Shown here: positions 49,727 through 60,219 of the stretch, piece by piece
Position numbering within the stretch: position 1 is the stretch's first letter
Layout: each line of letters begins with the position of its first letter
Assembly (NCBI GenBank): GCA_964589485.1
Contig: CAZPRK010000002.1
Coordinates: 49,825-113,824, forward strand
Direction of reading: 5' to 3'
DNA from: an uncultured Methanosarcinales archaeon
GTDB taxonomy: Archaea > Nanobdellota > Nanobdellia > Woesearchaeales > CAYSVS01
Length of the DNA: 64,000 bases
The notes under the pieces: generated by a model
Told to the model about the DNA's origin: nothing
Database searches by the model: none
What the model saw: the letters and a program-made list of their open reading frames with translations, nothing else
Made by a program: the position numbers and the translations under genes

Positions 49727-50841
49727 AAATTTTATTTGTATTAGAAAATTACATCCCACATATTGGTGGTGTTGAAATTGTTTTTAAAATATTAGCTGAA
49801 GGATTAGTTAAGAAAGGTCATCAAGTTGAAATAGTTACTCATAGAATTAAAGGTACTAAAAAATTTGAAGAAATAAATGGTGTGAAGATATATAGAGTAG
49901 AAAGTTTATCATCAAGGCATATTTTTACTTTTACATCTATTTTTGAAGTTATTAAACGTTCTAAAGATTGTGACATTATACATACTACAACTTACAATGG
50001 TGCTTTTCCTGCAAAAATTGCATCTATAATAAATAAAAAACCAGTAATAATAACTGTTCATGAAGTTTTAGGACAGTTATGGAGAAGTACAGGTGTTGGT
50101 TTTTTTCAATCTACAATATTAAGATTTTTGGAATTTTTAATTATTAAATTAAATTTTGATTATTATTTAACTGTTTCAAATTCCACAAGGCAACAGGTTT
50201 TGAATTGTAATGTTGAAGAAAATAAAGTTCAAACTGTTTATAATGGAGTTGATTATAGGTTATGGAACCCTAAAAAGAATGATATTGGTTTAAGAAAAAA
50301 ATTAAAACTTCAAGATAATTTTGTAATTTTATTTTATGGAAGACCTGGAATTAGTAAAGGTTTAGAATTTTTAATTAAAGCTTTACCAATAGTGTTTTCT
50401 AAAATTCCAAATGCAAAGTTTTTTGGTATTGTTAGTAAAGATAAAGCATATTCTTCAAGATATAAGTATATTTTGAGGTTAGTAAATAAGTTAGGAATAA
50501 AAGATAAATGTATATTTAATGACCCTGTGAAATATGTTGATTTGCCAAATTATATTTCTATGGTTAATTGTGTAATTGTTCCAAGCTTAACTGAAGGGTT
50601 TGGGTTTACTGCAGCTGAAAGTTGTGCAATGAATAAAATTGTGGTTGCAAGTAACACTACTTCACTTCCAGAAGTTGTTTCTGGGAAGTATACATTAGTA
50701 GAACCTGGGAATTCAGAAGCTATAGCAAATGGAATAATTGATGCTTATAATAACAAGTACAAAAAATCGAAAAAAAAATTCTTTTTAATACGAGATAATA
50801 TCAATAATTATGAAGATATTTATACTAAAATACTTACCTAA
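49723..50841 (+). CDS. GT4 (group 1) glycosyltransferase
   Basis: TEGFGFTAAESCAMNKIVVAS matches the E-x7-E motif; 372 aa. Confidence 0.75.
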   Translation: MKILFVLENYIPHIGGVEIVFKILAEGLVKKGHQVEIVTHRIKGTKKFEEINGVKIYRVESLSSRHIFTFTSIFEVIKRSKDCDIIHTTTYNGAFPAKIASIINKKPVIITVHEVLGQLWRSTGVGFFQSTILRFLEFLIIKLNFDYYLTVSNSTRQQVLNCNVEENKVQTVYNGVDYRLWNPKKNDIGLRKKLKLQDNFVILFYGRPGISKGLEFLIKALPIVFSKIPNAKFFGIVSKDKAYSSRYKYILRLVNKLGIKDKCIFNDPVKYVDLPNYISMVNCVIVPSLTEGFGFTAAESCAMNKIVVASNTTSLPEVVSGKYTLVEPGNSEAIANGIIDAYNNKYKKSKKKFFLIRDNINNYEDIYTKILT

Positions 50842-50896
50842 ATATTATCTATTTTATCAGTTATTTTTATAAAAGAAATACCTTTTCTACAGGAAT

Positions 50897-53641
50897 ATGT
50901 CTAAGTCAAAAATTATAGTTTCATTAGGTCCTAGTACTTCAACAGAAGATGATTTAAGGAAGATTAAAGCTAAAGGAGTAGATTTTGTTAGGATTAATAT
51001 GAGTCATAGTTCTTTACAAGATTTAGAAAAATATATTTTAATGGCAAAAAAGGTAGGAATTCCTTTTATTGTTGATACTGAAGGAAGTCAGGTAAGATCT
51101 GGAGATTTAGTTCATAATAAAATTATAATTAATGAAGGGGATGAAGTTGTACTTCATTCTAAAGCAATCAAAGGAGATGAAAAAAATATTACTTTAAACC
51201 CAGGAACTATAATTAATCAATTAGAAGTGGGAGATATTTTACATTGTGATTTTGATACTTTAATTTTACGTGTTTCTGATGTTTCAAATGCTATTAATGG
51301 AAGTATAAAATCAGTAGCCGTAACTGGTGGATATTTAGGAATTAATAAAGGAATTGCATTTGATTTAGGAAGAGATAGAACTTTGAAACTTCCTATTTTG
51401 AGTGAAAAAGATTTAGGTGCAATAGAATTAGGTTTAAAATATAATGTTGAACATATTGCTGCATCATTTATGAGAAGAGGAAGTGATGTTAAGAAAGTAA
51501 GAGAATTAAGCCAAGGAAAAATGAAAATTATTTCTAAAGTTGAATGTAGAGATGCATTAGATAATTTACAAGAAATAATTGATGAGACTGATTATATATT
51601 AATAGATAGGGGAGATTTAAGTAAAGAAGTTCCTTTAGATATGTTACCTTTTTTACAAAAATTAATTATTAAAAAAGCAGGAAATAAAGAAGTTTTTGTT
51701 GCAACTAATTTACTTGAAACTATGATTTTACATAAAAAGCCAACAAGAGCAGAAGTTAATGATGTAATGAATACTTTATTAGATGGGGCAAAAGGTTTAA
51801 CTTTAGCAGCTGAAACAGCAATAGGAAAATATCCTTTTGAATGTATTAATATTTTGCAAAAGCTAATTAATCATTATTTACAATGGGTTCATGAAGGAAA
51901 TGTTTTAGAAGAGTTAGAAAAAAATAATTATTTAGATAATAAGTTATCTTCAGCTTTAGTTCCACCTCATGGTGGAAAGTTAGTAAATAGGATTTCTAAT
52001 AAAGTTATAAATGAAAATTTATCTAAAATAATTATTGATGATAATAAACAAATGGATGTTGAACAAATTGCAGTAGGGACATTTAGTCCTTTGGAAGGGT
52101 TTATGGGAAAAAATGATTTACAATCTGTATTAGATAATATGAGATTAAGTAATGGTGTAATATGGCCATTGCCAATTTTATTGGATGTAACCGAATCTAA
52201 AGCTAAATCTATTAATGAGGGCGAGGAAATATTGTTAGTTAATTCCATTGGAGAAAAAATTGCAACTATGGATATTGAGGAAAAATATAAGTTTGATAAA
52301 AAAGAATTAGCACAAAAAGTATACGGGACATTAGATGAAAAACACCCTGGAGTTAGAATGGTTTTACAAATGAAATCTATTTTTTTAGCAGGGAAAATTA
52401 ATTTAATTAAAAGAAAAGAATCTGAATTTAAAGAATATGAAATGACTCCTAGGCAAGTTAGAAGGTTATTTGAAGAAAGAAATTGGTCTAAAATTGTTGG
52501 ATTTCATACACGGAATGTAATACATAGAAGTCATGAATTTATTCAGTTAAAAGCAATGGAGAATGAAAATTGTGATGGGTTATTTGTACATCCTGTCATA
52601 GGTAAAAAGAAAAAAGGTGACTTTAATTCTCAATATATTATTAAAAGTTATGAATTAATGAAAAAACATTATTATCCTAAAAATAAAGTTATTTTTTCTA
52701 CTTTTTCTACTTTTTCAAGGTATGGTGGACCAAGGGAAGCTTTATTTACTGCAATATGTAGAAAGAATTTTGGATGTTCACATTTTATTGTTGGAAGAGA
52801 TCATACTGGAGTTGGAGATTTTTATCATCCGCACGCATCTCATATGATTTTTGATAATTTTTTAGATTTAGGAATTAAACCAGTAAAATTTGATAAAGTG
52901 TTTTATTCAGAAAAAATAAATGAACATGTACATGAAAAAGAAGATGATTCTCATGAAGAAGAAGATAAATTACATATAAGTGGAACTCAAGCAAGGAAAA
53001 TGTTTGAAAATCAAGAAACTCCACCTGAATGGTTTATAAGGTCTAGAATTTCATCAATGATTATAGATTCTGTAAGAAATAATGAAGAAGTTTTTGTAAA
53101 AGAACAAAATAAAGGAAAAGTTATTTGGTTTACTGGATTAAGTGGGAGCGGAAAAAGTACAATTGCTAATTCATTAAAAGAAAAATTAGAATTTTTTGGG
53201 AAAAGTGTAATTATTGTTGATGGAGATATTGTTAGAAATAGTTTTAATAAACATTTAGGATTCTCAAGAGAAGATATAAGAGAAAATAATAGTATTATTT
53301 CAGAAATATGTAAAGAACATCAAAATAAATTTGATTATATATTAGTTCCAATAATTTCGCCTTTCAAGGAAGATAGACAAATGGCTTCAGCTTTAATTGG
53401 TGAAGATTTTATTGAATTGTTTATTAATTCTTCATTGGAAGTGTGTAAAGAAAGAGATGTTAAAGGGTTATATAAGAAAGCTGTTGCTGGTGAAATTGAA
53501 AATTTTATTGGTATAAGTGCTCCTTATGAAGCTCCTGAAAACCCAAATATTTCAGTTAAAACAGATGAAGAAAGTTTAGATGAATCTATTGATAAAATTA
53601 CTGGATATTTAAAAAATTCAGGATTGCTGCAAAACATTTAA
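50897..53641 (+). CDS. Trifunctional protein: pyruvate-kinase-like barrel domain + ATP sulfurylase + APS kinase (PAPS synthase)
   Basis: The N-terminal about 330 aa have pyruvate-kinase motifs (VRINMSHSS; MKIISKVECRDAL; IDRGDLSKEVP; LDGAKGLTLAAETAIGKYP). The middle carries GFHTRNVIHRSHEF and IVGRDHTGVG (ATP sulfurylase QTRN/HRAH and GRDHAG motifs). The C-terminus carries IWFTGLSGSGKSTIA (APS kinase P-loop). Confidence 0.8.
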   Translation: MSKSKIIVSLGPSTSTEDDLRKIKAKGVDFVRINMSHSSLQDLEKYILMAKKVGIPFIVDTEGSQVRSGDLVHNKIIINEGDEVVLHSKAIKGDEKNITLNPGTIINQLEVGDILHCDFDTLILRVSDVSNAINGSIKSVAVTGGYLGINKGIAFDLGRDRTLKLPILSEKDLGAIELGLKYNVEHIAASFMRRGSDVKKVRELSQGKMKIISKVECRDALDNLQEIIDETDYILIDRGDLSKEVPLDMLPFLQKLIIKKAGNKEVFVATNLLETMILHKKPTRAEVNDVMNTLLDGAKGLTLAAETAIGKYPFECINILQKLINHYLQWVHEGNVLEELEKNNYLDNKLSSALVPPHGGKLVNRISNKVINENLSKIIIDDNKQMDVEQIAVGTFSPLEGFMGKNDLQSVLDNMRLSNGVIWPLPILLDVTESKAKSINEGEEILLVNSIGEKIATMDIEEKYKFDKKELAQKVYGTLDEKHPGVRMVLQMKSIFLAGKINLIKRKESEFKEYEMTPRQVRRLFEERNWSKIVGFHTRNVIHRSHEFIQLKAMENENCDGLFVHPVIGKKKKGDFNSQYIIKSYELMKKHYYPKNKVIFSTFSTFSRYGGPREALFTAICRKNFGCSHFIVGRDHTGVGDFYHPHASHMIFDNFLDLGIKPVKFDKVFYSEKINEHVHEKEDDSHEEEDKLHISGTQARKMFENQETPPEWFIRSRISSMIIDSVRNNEEVFVKEQNKGKVIWFTGLSGSGKSTIANSLKEKLEFFGKSVIIVDGDIVRNSFNKHLGFSREDIRENNSIISEICKEHQNKFDYILVPIISPFKEDRQMASALIGEDFIELFINSSLEVCKERDVKGLYKKAVAGEIENFIGISAPYEAPENPNISVKTDEESLDESIDKITGYLKNSGLLQNI

Positions 53642-53666
53642 AAAACAACACTTTTTCTATACTCTT

Positions 53667-55430
53667 ATGTCACTTAGAAGTCCAATATGTACAGTAGTTG
53701 GTCATGTAGACCATGGTAAGTCAAGTATTCTAGATAACATTAGAAGAAGTAATATTGTTGCAGGAGAGGCAGGAAAAATAACTCAACATATCGGAGCTAG
53801 TATTATTCCTTTAAAAAATATAAAAACTATTTGTGGAGAATTGTTAGAAACCACTAAAATGAATTTCACTATTCCTGGGCTTTTATTTATAGATACACCT
53901 GGGCATGCGGCATTTACTCACTTAAGAAAAAGAGGAGGGAATTTAGCTGATATTGCAATTTTAGTTGTTGATATTAAAGAAGGATTTAAACCTCAAACTA
54001 TAGAATCTATTGAAATATTAAAGAGTTATAAAACACCTTTTATAGTTGCAGCAAATAAAATTGATTTATTGCCTGGTTGGAAGCAAGGAAGTGGAAGTAT
54101 ATTAAAAAATATTCAATTACAAAACCCAGATGTGTTAAAAACTGTTGAAACTAAATTATATGAACTTGTTGGTAAGTTATCTGAATTTGGTTTAGAAAGT
54201 GAAAGGTTTGATAGAGTTGAAGACTATACTAAACAAATTGCAATTGTTCCAGTAAGTGCACACACTGGCGAAGGTATTCCTGAGTTATTGATGGTTATTA
54301 GCGGATTGGCTCAAAGATTTTTAGAACAATGTTTACAATGTAATGTAAAAGGATCAGCTAAAGGAACAATATTAGAAATTAAAGAAGAAAAAGGTTTGGG
54401 AATTACTGCTGATGCTATTCTTTATGACGGTACTCTAAAAGTAAATGATACTATTATTATAGGTGGGGTTGAAAAAGCTACAATTACAAAAGTAAGAGCT
54501 TTATTTGAACCACAACCTTTAAAGGAAATGAGAGATAAAAAAGGTAAATTTTTATCTGTAAAGGAAGCAGTTGCCGCAACTGGTGTAAAAATTAGTGCTC
54601 CAGAATTAAATAATATTATTTCAGGAATGCCTATTAGAAGTGCAGATAAATGTGATGTTGAAAAAGTTGCAAAAGAAATTCAAAATGAAGTTGAAGAAGT
54701 TTTAGTTCAAACTGAAGATGATGGAATTATTCTTAAAGCAGATACTTTAGGAAGTTTAGAAGCATTAACTAATTTAGTTAGAGAACAAGGATATAAAGTT
54801 AGAAAAGCTTCAGTTGGACCAATAACTAAGAAAGATATTGTAGATGCTGAAAGTAATTTAGAAAAAGATCCCTTGACTGCTTTAGTTATAGGATTTAATG
54901 TTTATTTAATGCCAGATGTAAAAGTTTCAGATGATATACAAGTTATTACTAGTGATGTAATTTACAAATTAGTTGATGACCTTGACGAGTTTGTAAAAGA
55001 ACAAAAAAAGAAAATGGAATTAAAAAGTTTAGAAGAATTAACTTTTCCATGTAAAATTGAAGTTTTGAAAGGATATGTGTTTAGGCAAAATAACCCTGCA
55101 ATTATTGGGTGTCATGTGTTATCTGGAAAAGCAAAGGTTGGTATGCAGTTAATGAAAGATAATGGTGTTGCAATAACTACAATTAAAAGTATGCAGAAAG
55201 AAAAAGATAGCGCAAAAGAATTAAAACAAAATGAACAAGCTGCAATTGCAATGGTTGATGTGACTGTTGGAAGGCAAGTTAATGAAGGTGATACTTTATT
55301 TAGTTTTTTAACCGAAACAGAATTTAGGCAATTTAAAGAAAATAAACATTTATTATCTGATAAAGAAAAAGAATTGTTAAAAGAAATTTGTTCTATTATG
55401 AGGAAAGAAAACCCAGTTTGGGGAGTTTAG
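53667..55430 (+). CDS. infB: Translation initiation factor aIF5B (IF2-like GTPase)
   Basis: SPICTVVGHVDHGKSSILD (G1), FIDTPGH (G3), AANKIDLL (G4); 587 aa with beta-barrel and C-terminal domains. Confidence 0.85.
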   Translation: MSLRSPICTVVGHVDHGKSSILDNIRRSNIVAGEAGKITQHIGASIIPLKNIKTICGELLETTKMNFTIPGLLFIDTPGHAAFTHLRKRGGNLADIAILVVDIKEGFKPQTIESIEILKSYKTPFIVAANKIDLLPGWKQGSGSILKNIQLQNPDVLKTVETKLYELVGKLSEFGLESERFDRVEDYTKQIAIVPVSAHTGEGIPELLMVISGLAQRFLEQCLQCNVKGSAKGTILEIKEEKGLGITADAILYDGTLKVNDTIIIGGVEKATITKVRALFEPQPLKEMRDKKGKFLSVKEAVAATGVKISAPELNNIISGMPIRSADKCDVEKVAKEIQNEVEEVLVQTEDDGIILKADTLGSLEALTNLVREQGYKVRKASVGPITKKDIVDAESNLEKDPLTALVIGFNVYLMPDVKVSDDIQVITSDVIYKLVDDLDEFVKEQKKKMELKSLEELTFPCKIEVLKGYVFRQNNPAIIGCHVLSGKAKVGMQLMKDNGVAITTIKSMQKEKDSAKELKQNEQAAIAMVDVTVGRQVNEGDTLFSFLTETEFRQFKENKHLLSDKEKELLKEICSIMRKENPVWGV

Positions 55431-56440
55431 TGCTTTGGAATGCAATAATCTATTGCGAATTTAACAAATGGTGTCCAAGGGTGATGTTTTTTTTCAAGAT
55501 TTGTGAATTTATGTTTTAAATCAATGTAACCATTTGATTTATTTTTTTGTAAAATTCTAAGCATATCATGTAAAAATTCATTGTCTTCTGAATCAAAAGG
55601 AAACATCATTTCGGCTTCAAAAATTGAAGTAAATAAATTAAAATGAGATTTACCCATTCCTTCTTTAAGCCCCATTATAAAATATTCAGGAAACTCTATT
55701 ATTTCTGGTCTACTTAAATTGCCATAATAATTTTTAATTCCTTTTTTATCTAATTCTTTATCATCTGGATATTTATTTTCTTCGTTTCCTTTACAATATA
55801 CTCTTATTAAATCAGAAGGAGTGTAATTAACCATGTGCCCAACATCAACTATTTTTAATGAGATTTCACCTCTATTATTTTGAATAACTTTTATATTATC
55901 GTCTTTAGGGTCTTCTAAAAATTTACCAAATTCTTTGTAAATTTTACCCATCATAAATCCTTCTAATTTTGATAATTTTTTAAGTTTTTTTTCAGATTTT
56001 CCTCTAATGTAACTTCCGATATTTTCTCCATTGATAAATTCATCAAAATATGCAATTTGTGTATTATTGTTATCTATAGTCATATAATATGCAAATATTG
56101 GTTGTGGAAAAAATGTCTGGGTTTGTGCATTATTGTATAAACTACATAGAACTTCAAATTCTTCTTGAACTACTTCAAAATCTCTTTCTTTTTTTTGTGT
56201 TTCAAAACCATATAATAATGCAACTTCTAATTTACGTTGATCTTCTGTAACAATATCTATTTTGTATGATTTTTTATAATTACCAGATGCATGGAAATTT
56301 ATGTCAAGAAGACTTACTTTATCTGGGCTTACATCTAATTTACTTAAAGCAACTTGGATTGCACTGGCATTGTGCGATAATAGTAGATTTAATAATTCAT
56401 AAGGAGTTTTATTCTGTAACTCTTGCATCAATTTCTTCAT
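55427..56440 (-). CDS. Hypothetical protein (337 aa); possible atypical kinase-like fold
   Basis: RGEISLKIVDVGHMVNY resembles the HxD...DxG segments of kinase-like folds. This is weak. Confidence 0.35.
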   Translation of the reverse strand: MKKLMQELQNKTPYELLNLLLSHNASAIQVALSKLDVSPDKVSLLDINFHASGNYKKSYKIDIVTEDQRKLEVALLYGFETQKKERDFEVVQEEFEVLCSLYNNAQTQTFFPQPIFAYYMTIDNNNTQIAYFDEFINGENIGSYIRGKSEKKLKKLSKLEGFMMGKIYKEFGKFLEDPKDDNIKVIQNNRGEISLKIVDVGHMVNYTPSDLIRVYCKGNEENKYPDDKELDKKGIKNYYGNLSRPEIIEFPEYFIMGLKEGMGKSHFNLFTSIFEAEMMFPFDSEDNEFLHDMLRILQKNKSNGYIDLKHKFTNLEKKHHPWTPFVKFAIDYCIPKH

Positions 56441-56568
56441 TTTGTTGATATGTTAACTATATTTATAAAATTTTCTGAGTTAATTACTATTTCGTGGTTA
56501 CTTCTTCATTTCCATATTGAAAATAAACCATAACTAACCTTTATATATTTCTTAATAAAAGTAACTTT

Positions 56569-57018
56569 ATGAACTTAAAAATATTAAATTCAAAGCAAAT
56601 AAAGGCAATAAAAACAGCTTTAATTGATCAATTCGGATATGGTGATTTGAATTATGTGTTTATTAAGACTAATAAAAATAAACTATATTTGGCTAATAAA
56701 GACATAAATTCAATTGATTTAACTAAAATAAGAATAAATTCATTAGGTGTATATTTTGGTGAAGAATTAGATACTGGTGAAATAAGGTTAAGCATAGAAG
56801 GAAGTCAAATTATTGGAAAAAAAGCAACTAAAAACATTTTTGAACTAGATGATGAACAAATTAAATTATGGTTTAAAGGCACTGACTTTGAAGTTGATGA
56901 TGATAGAAATGCATTTGTAATTATTAAAAATAATAAAGATTTTTGTGGCTGTGGGAAAATAAAAGATAAAAAATTACTTAATTATGTTGGAAAAGTAAGA
57001 AGAATAAATTTATTCTAA
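56569..57018 (+). CDS. Small hypothetical protein, possibly Nip7-like/PUA-like RNA-binding
   Basis: 149 aa. ALIDQFGYG...KLYLANKD followed by a beta-rich C-terminus. Weak resemblance to the Nip7 pre-PUA/PUA arrangement. Confidence 0.3.
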   Translation: MNLKILNSKQIKAIKTALIDQFGYGDLNYVFIKTNKNKLYLANKDINSIDLTKIRINSLGVYFGEELDTGEIRLSIEGSQIIGKKATKNIFELDDEQIKLWFKGTDFEVDDDRNAFVIIKNNKDFCGCGKIKDKKLLNYVGKVRRINLF

Positions 57019-58011
57019 TTCTATTGGAGTTACATATCCTTTATCTTGAATAGTTTTTAAACTAGCCAATGAAAGTAATTCATCGAACTTATTAACAGTT
57101 TTCATTATGTCTTCCCTTGGTCCATAAAATTGTAAAACAACTTCTCCATTAACATAAATATCAATATGTTTTGAATCATCTTTCTTGATTGCTCCATTTC
57201 TTTCTAAAAATTCAGCAGCTTGCTCTTGATTTTTAAAGGAATAATTTCTAACTTCTGTATTTTCTAAAGAGCTAATCATTTTATTAAGCATATATGAACT
57301 TTCTTCGCAATGTATGAACTCTTTTCTAATCTCTCTTAATTTATTAGTGAATTCATAAACACTTTGTGGATCATGTTCTATCTCAGGTATTGATTGATTA
57401 GGCCGTATAATAAAGTTATATCTTGTACTAAATTGATCGCCTTCTTTAACCATTCCTTGTTGAAAAAATGGTTGTTCTAAATATGTATTTAAAATTTCCA
57501 TTTGATGTCCTGGTCCGTATTTTTCTTTAAATAAATCTACAATTAATTTTCTTTTTTCTGAACTAATTGGAACAAAAAATCTATCTTCTTTGTTATTTTC
57601 TACAATTTCTTCTAATGTTTTTAATTTATCTGCAAATGTATTTTGTCCTTTATCTTTTAATTTAAGAGTTACAAGGTATTGGGGTATATTAGCTATATTG
57701 TTTGCTACTTCCTGTTCTGGTGGAAGGCCTGAATATAATGAACTACCTTCTGGGTTTTGAATTGTTAATTCAACCATATAATTATCTAATTCGATTGGGA
57801 TGTTTATGCTATTTTTTTTAAAAGTTTCATCAAGTTTTTGTTCTAATGCTGTAGTAATTCCACTTATTTGTCCACTTCGTGCACTTTCTGCAATAATTTG
57901 ACTATTGTGTTTAACTATTGACTCTGATGTATTTCCTTCTTTTTTGAATGGATTTAAAATTTTGTTATCTAAGTCTTCTAAACTTAAACTTGTTACTCTG
58001 CCAACTACCAT
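57010..58011 (-). CDS. Hypothetical protein (333 aa)
   Basis: Long ORF with no recognised motifs. Confidence 0.4.
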   Translation of the reverse strand: MVVGRVTSLSLEDLDNKILNPFKKEGNTSESIVKHNSQIIAESARSGQISGITTALEQKLDETFKKNSINIPIELDNYMVELTIQNPEGSSLYSGLPPEQEVANNIANIPQYLVTLKLKDKGQNTFADKLKTLEEIVENNKEDRFFVPISSEKRKLIVDLFKEKYGPGHQMEILNTYLEQPFFQQGMVKEGDQFSTRYNFIIRPNQSIPEIEHDPQSVYEFTNKLREIRKEFIHCEESSYMLNKMISSLENTEVRNYSFKNQEQAAEFLERNGAIKKDDSKHIDIYVNGEVVLQFYGPREDIMKTVNKFDELLSLASLKTIQDKGYVTPIELE

Positions 58012-58293
58012 TCTAAAACTTCTCCATCCGTATAGCCTTCTGATTATTCATTACAATCACCGTGGCCCCAACATCACACGCTAGTGTTTTTTTGCTGAGG
58101 CAGAATTAAATATATTTGAAAATAGCTAACACTAACACTCTCTTCCACATTGGACAATGATTGTTAGTATTCATAATAGGTTATAGGCGTTCTTAATATA
58201 TAAACCTTTTTGTTTTTTAGTACATTAAACTCTATTTCAATATACGTTTTACTACAATTTCTAGATTTTCCTTATAACTTTGAGGGATATTTT

Positions 58294-58740
58294 CTATATT
58301 TTGTATATGTTATCCCCAACATAATGGATATTTTTTATGAATTTTCCTTTTTTTTGGTTCATTAAATCGTTTGAATTTAATGATGAAATACCGATAGCTA
58401 AAATTTTTTTATGAGTTTCATCTACTATTGCAACAATTGAATTTTCATCAAATTTATCAACTTTTGTAATACCTGGGCGCATAATGTCTGCACCCGAAAT
58501 TACAAATTTAACTGCACCCATATCGACTGTTATAGAAGGTAATAAGTTATTTGATTGTAATAATTTAATTGATGGAATTAATTTATTTTTATGATAAAAG
58601 AAAACAACTTCATTATTTTTAGAAATTAAATCTTCATCTAAAGTAACTTTATCTTTTTTGTCAAAAAAATTATCTATATTAAATTCATTTTTGATTTTTT
58701 CATTTATTTCTTTAATTTCTTTTTTTCTAAGTATTTTCAT
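58294..58740 (-). CDS. PUA-domain protein
   Basis: 148 aa. The C-terminal VKFVISGADIMRPGITKV...AIGISSL is a PUA-domain signature. Confidence 0.5.
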   Translation of the reverse strand: MKILRKKEIKEINEKIKNEFNIDNFFDKKDKVTLDEDLISKNNEVVFFYHKNKLIPSIKLLQSNNLLPSITVDMGAVKFVISGADIMRPGITKVDKFDENSIVAIVDETHKKILAIGISSLNSNDLMNQKKGKFIKNIHYVGDNIYKI

Positions 58741-59110
58741 TTATTTCTACCATTAATATAGTTTCTGGATTTTTTAGTTCATTAATTAATTCTTGGTTTA
58801 AATCTTTTGCAGCTTTGTTAGAATTAATTCCTAGAGTTCTATTTGAAATAAAATTTGTAGTTCTAATTACTATTTCATTTTTATCATTGAATTCTTTATT
58901 AACTTCAAAAATTATTTCATCTTGATTATTTTTTGTTTTAATAATCATTTTTGCTTTATTCCATTTTAAAATTTCATTTAAATTTGAAAAATCACATTCA
59001 ACTCCTATTATACAATCTCCGTTTAAACTTAATTCAGTATTTTTTGTAAATTCAAAAGTATTTCTGTGTAGAGATAAAATGTTTTTGTGACCTTTACATG
59101 TAAATTTCAT
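58727..59110 (-). CDS. Hypothetical protein (127 aa)
   Basis: Overlaps both neighbours by 4-14 nt, indicating an operon. Confidence 0.4.
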   Translation of the reverse strand: MKFTCKGHKNILSLHRNTFEFTKNTELSLNGDCIIGVECDFSNLNEILKWNKAKMIIKTKNNQDEIIFEVNKEFNDKNEIVIRTTNFISNRTLGINSNKAAKDLNQELINELKNPETILMVEINENT

Positions 59111-59886
59111 ACTTTTATCTCCATTCCATCATATGCAAGTGAAATATTTTCAGGTAAGTCTTGATCATAATAATCTATTGAGTGAGTCATATGAGTAATA
59201 ACTCCTTTTTTAATTTTAAACTTGTTACATATATCTATTGATTCAAATAAAGAAAAATGTGTAGGATGTTTTTGTTTGGTTAATCCAGTAATGATGGCTA
59301 AATCTAAATTTTTTAAACTATTTTCTGTTTCTTTTGGAATATGGTTACAATCTGTAATATAAATTATATTATTTATTTTAAATCCAGAGATTTCATTTTT
59401 ACCGTGCATTAATTTTAATCTTTTAATTGTAATTCCAAATAATTTAATTGTATCTTTAATTTCATTAGGAATTAATTGAGGAGTAAATTTATAGTTTTTT
59501 GTAGATTTAGTATTTTCATGCCATTCTTTATTGGAAGTTATTGCATATGGAAAAGTTTCTTTAATAACTTTTATTGTTTGTTTATCTCCATATATTGGAA
59601 TTGATGAATTTTGTAATTTGTTAAATATCCTTAAATCATCAAATCCAAAAATGTGATCTGCATGAGCATGTGTAAATAAGACTGCATCTATTCTTTTAAT
59701 ATTATTATTTAATGCTTGTTGTCTAAAATCTGGAGAGGTGTCAATTAAAATGTTTTTATCATTTATTGAAATTAAAATAGAACTTCTTAATCTATTATTT
59801 TTTCCTCCAGACTTACATACTTTGCATATACAATTTATTTCTGGAACGCCTAAACTAGGCCCAGAACCTAGAATAGTTATTTTCAT
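59107..59886 (-). CDS. MBL-fold metallo-hydrolase
   Basis: LFTHAHADHIFG (HxHxDH motif); 259 aa. Confidence 0.8.
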   Translation of the reverse strand: MKITILGSGPSLGVPEINCICKVCKSGGKNNRLRSSILISINDKNILIDTSPDFRQQALNNNIKRIDAVLFTHAHADHIFGFDDLRIFNKLQNSSIPIYGDKQTIKVIKETFPYAITSNKEWHENTKSTKNYKFTPQLIPNEIKDTIKLFGITIKRLKLMHGKNEISGFKINNIIYITDCNHIPKETENSLKNLDLAIITGLTKQKHPTHFSLFESIDICNKFKIKKGVITHMTHSIDYYDQDLPENISLAYDGMEIKV

Positions 59887-60116
59887 TTCAGAATATCTTC
59901 AATTGGTTTGCTATCTTTTTTAGATTGAGCTTTACTAGCTTCTTTAGCCATTTTTTCTAAATCAACACCTAAATCTTTTAATCCTTTAATGTGCATTTGC
60001 ATTAATTGTTCAACTATTCCTAATATCTTTTGCATTTCTTCTCTTTCCTTTGCAAGAGTTGCTAAAGCACCTTTATGAAATCCAATTTGTTCATCATTTG
60101 AAGCTTTTTTTGTCAT
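59883..60116 (-). CDS. Small helical hypothetical protein (77 aa)
   Basis: First gene of the minus-strand operon, with ATGA overlap to the MBL gene. Confidence 0.35.
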   Translation of the reverse strand: MTKKASNDEQIGFHKGALATLAKEREEMQKILGIVEQLMQMHIKGLKDLGVDLEKMAKEASKAQSKKDSKPIEDILK

Positions 60117-60219
60117 AATATCACCTATATTAATTGTATAGTGGTTTGTTTATATATTTTTGGGTGAATTAATCCGTAACCTTTAAATACTAATGCAAAT
60201 TATACTAATTTAGATTAGT

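Noticed and set aside
53667-55430. Possibility that this GTPase is EF-1alpha/EF-2 or a selenocysteine factor rather than aIF5B
   Set aside because: Domain order and length (G domain, beta-barrel, then a long helical linker and C-terminal barrel) together with the VGHVDHGK start fit aIF5B. EF-Tu-like factors are shorter and EF-2 has different G-motif spacing.
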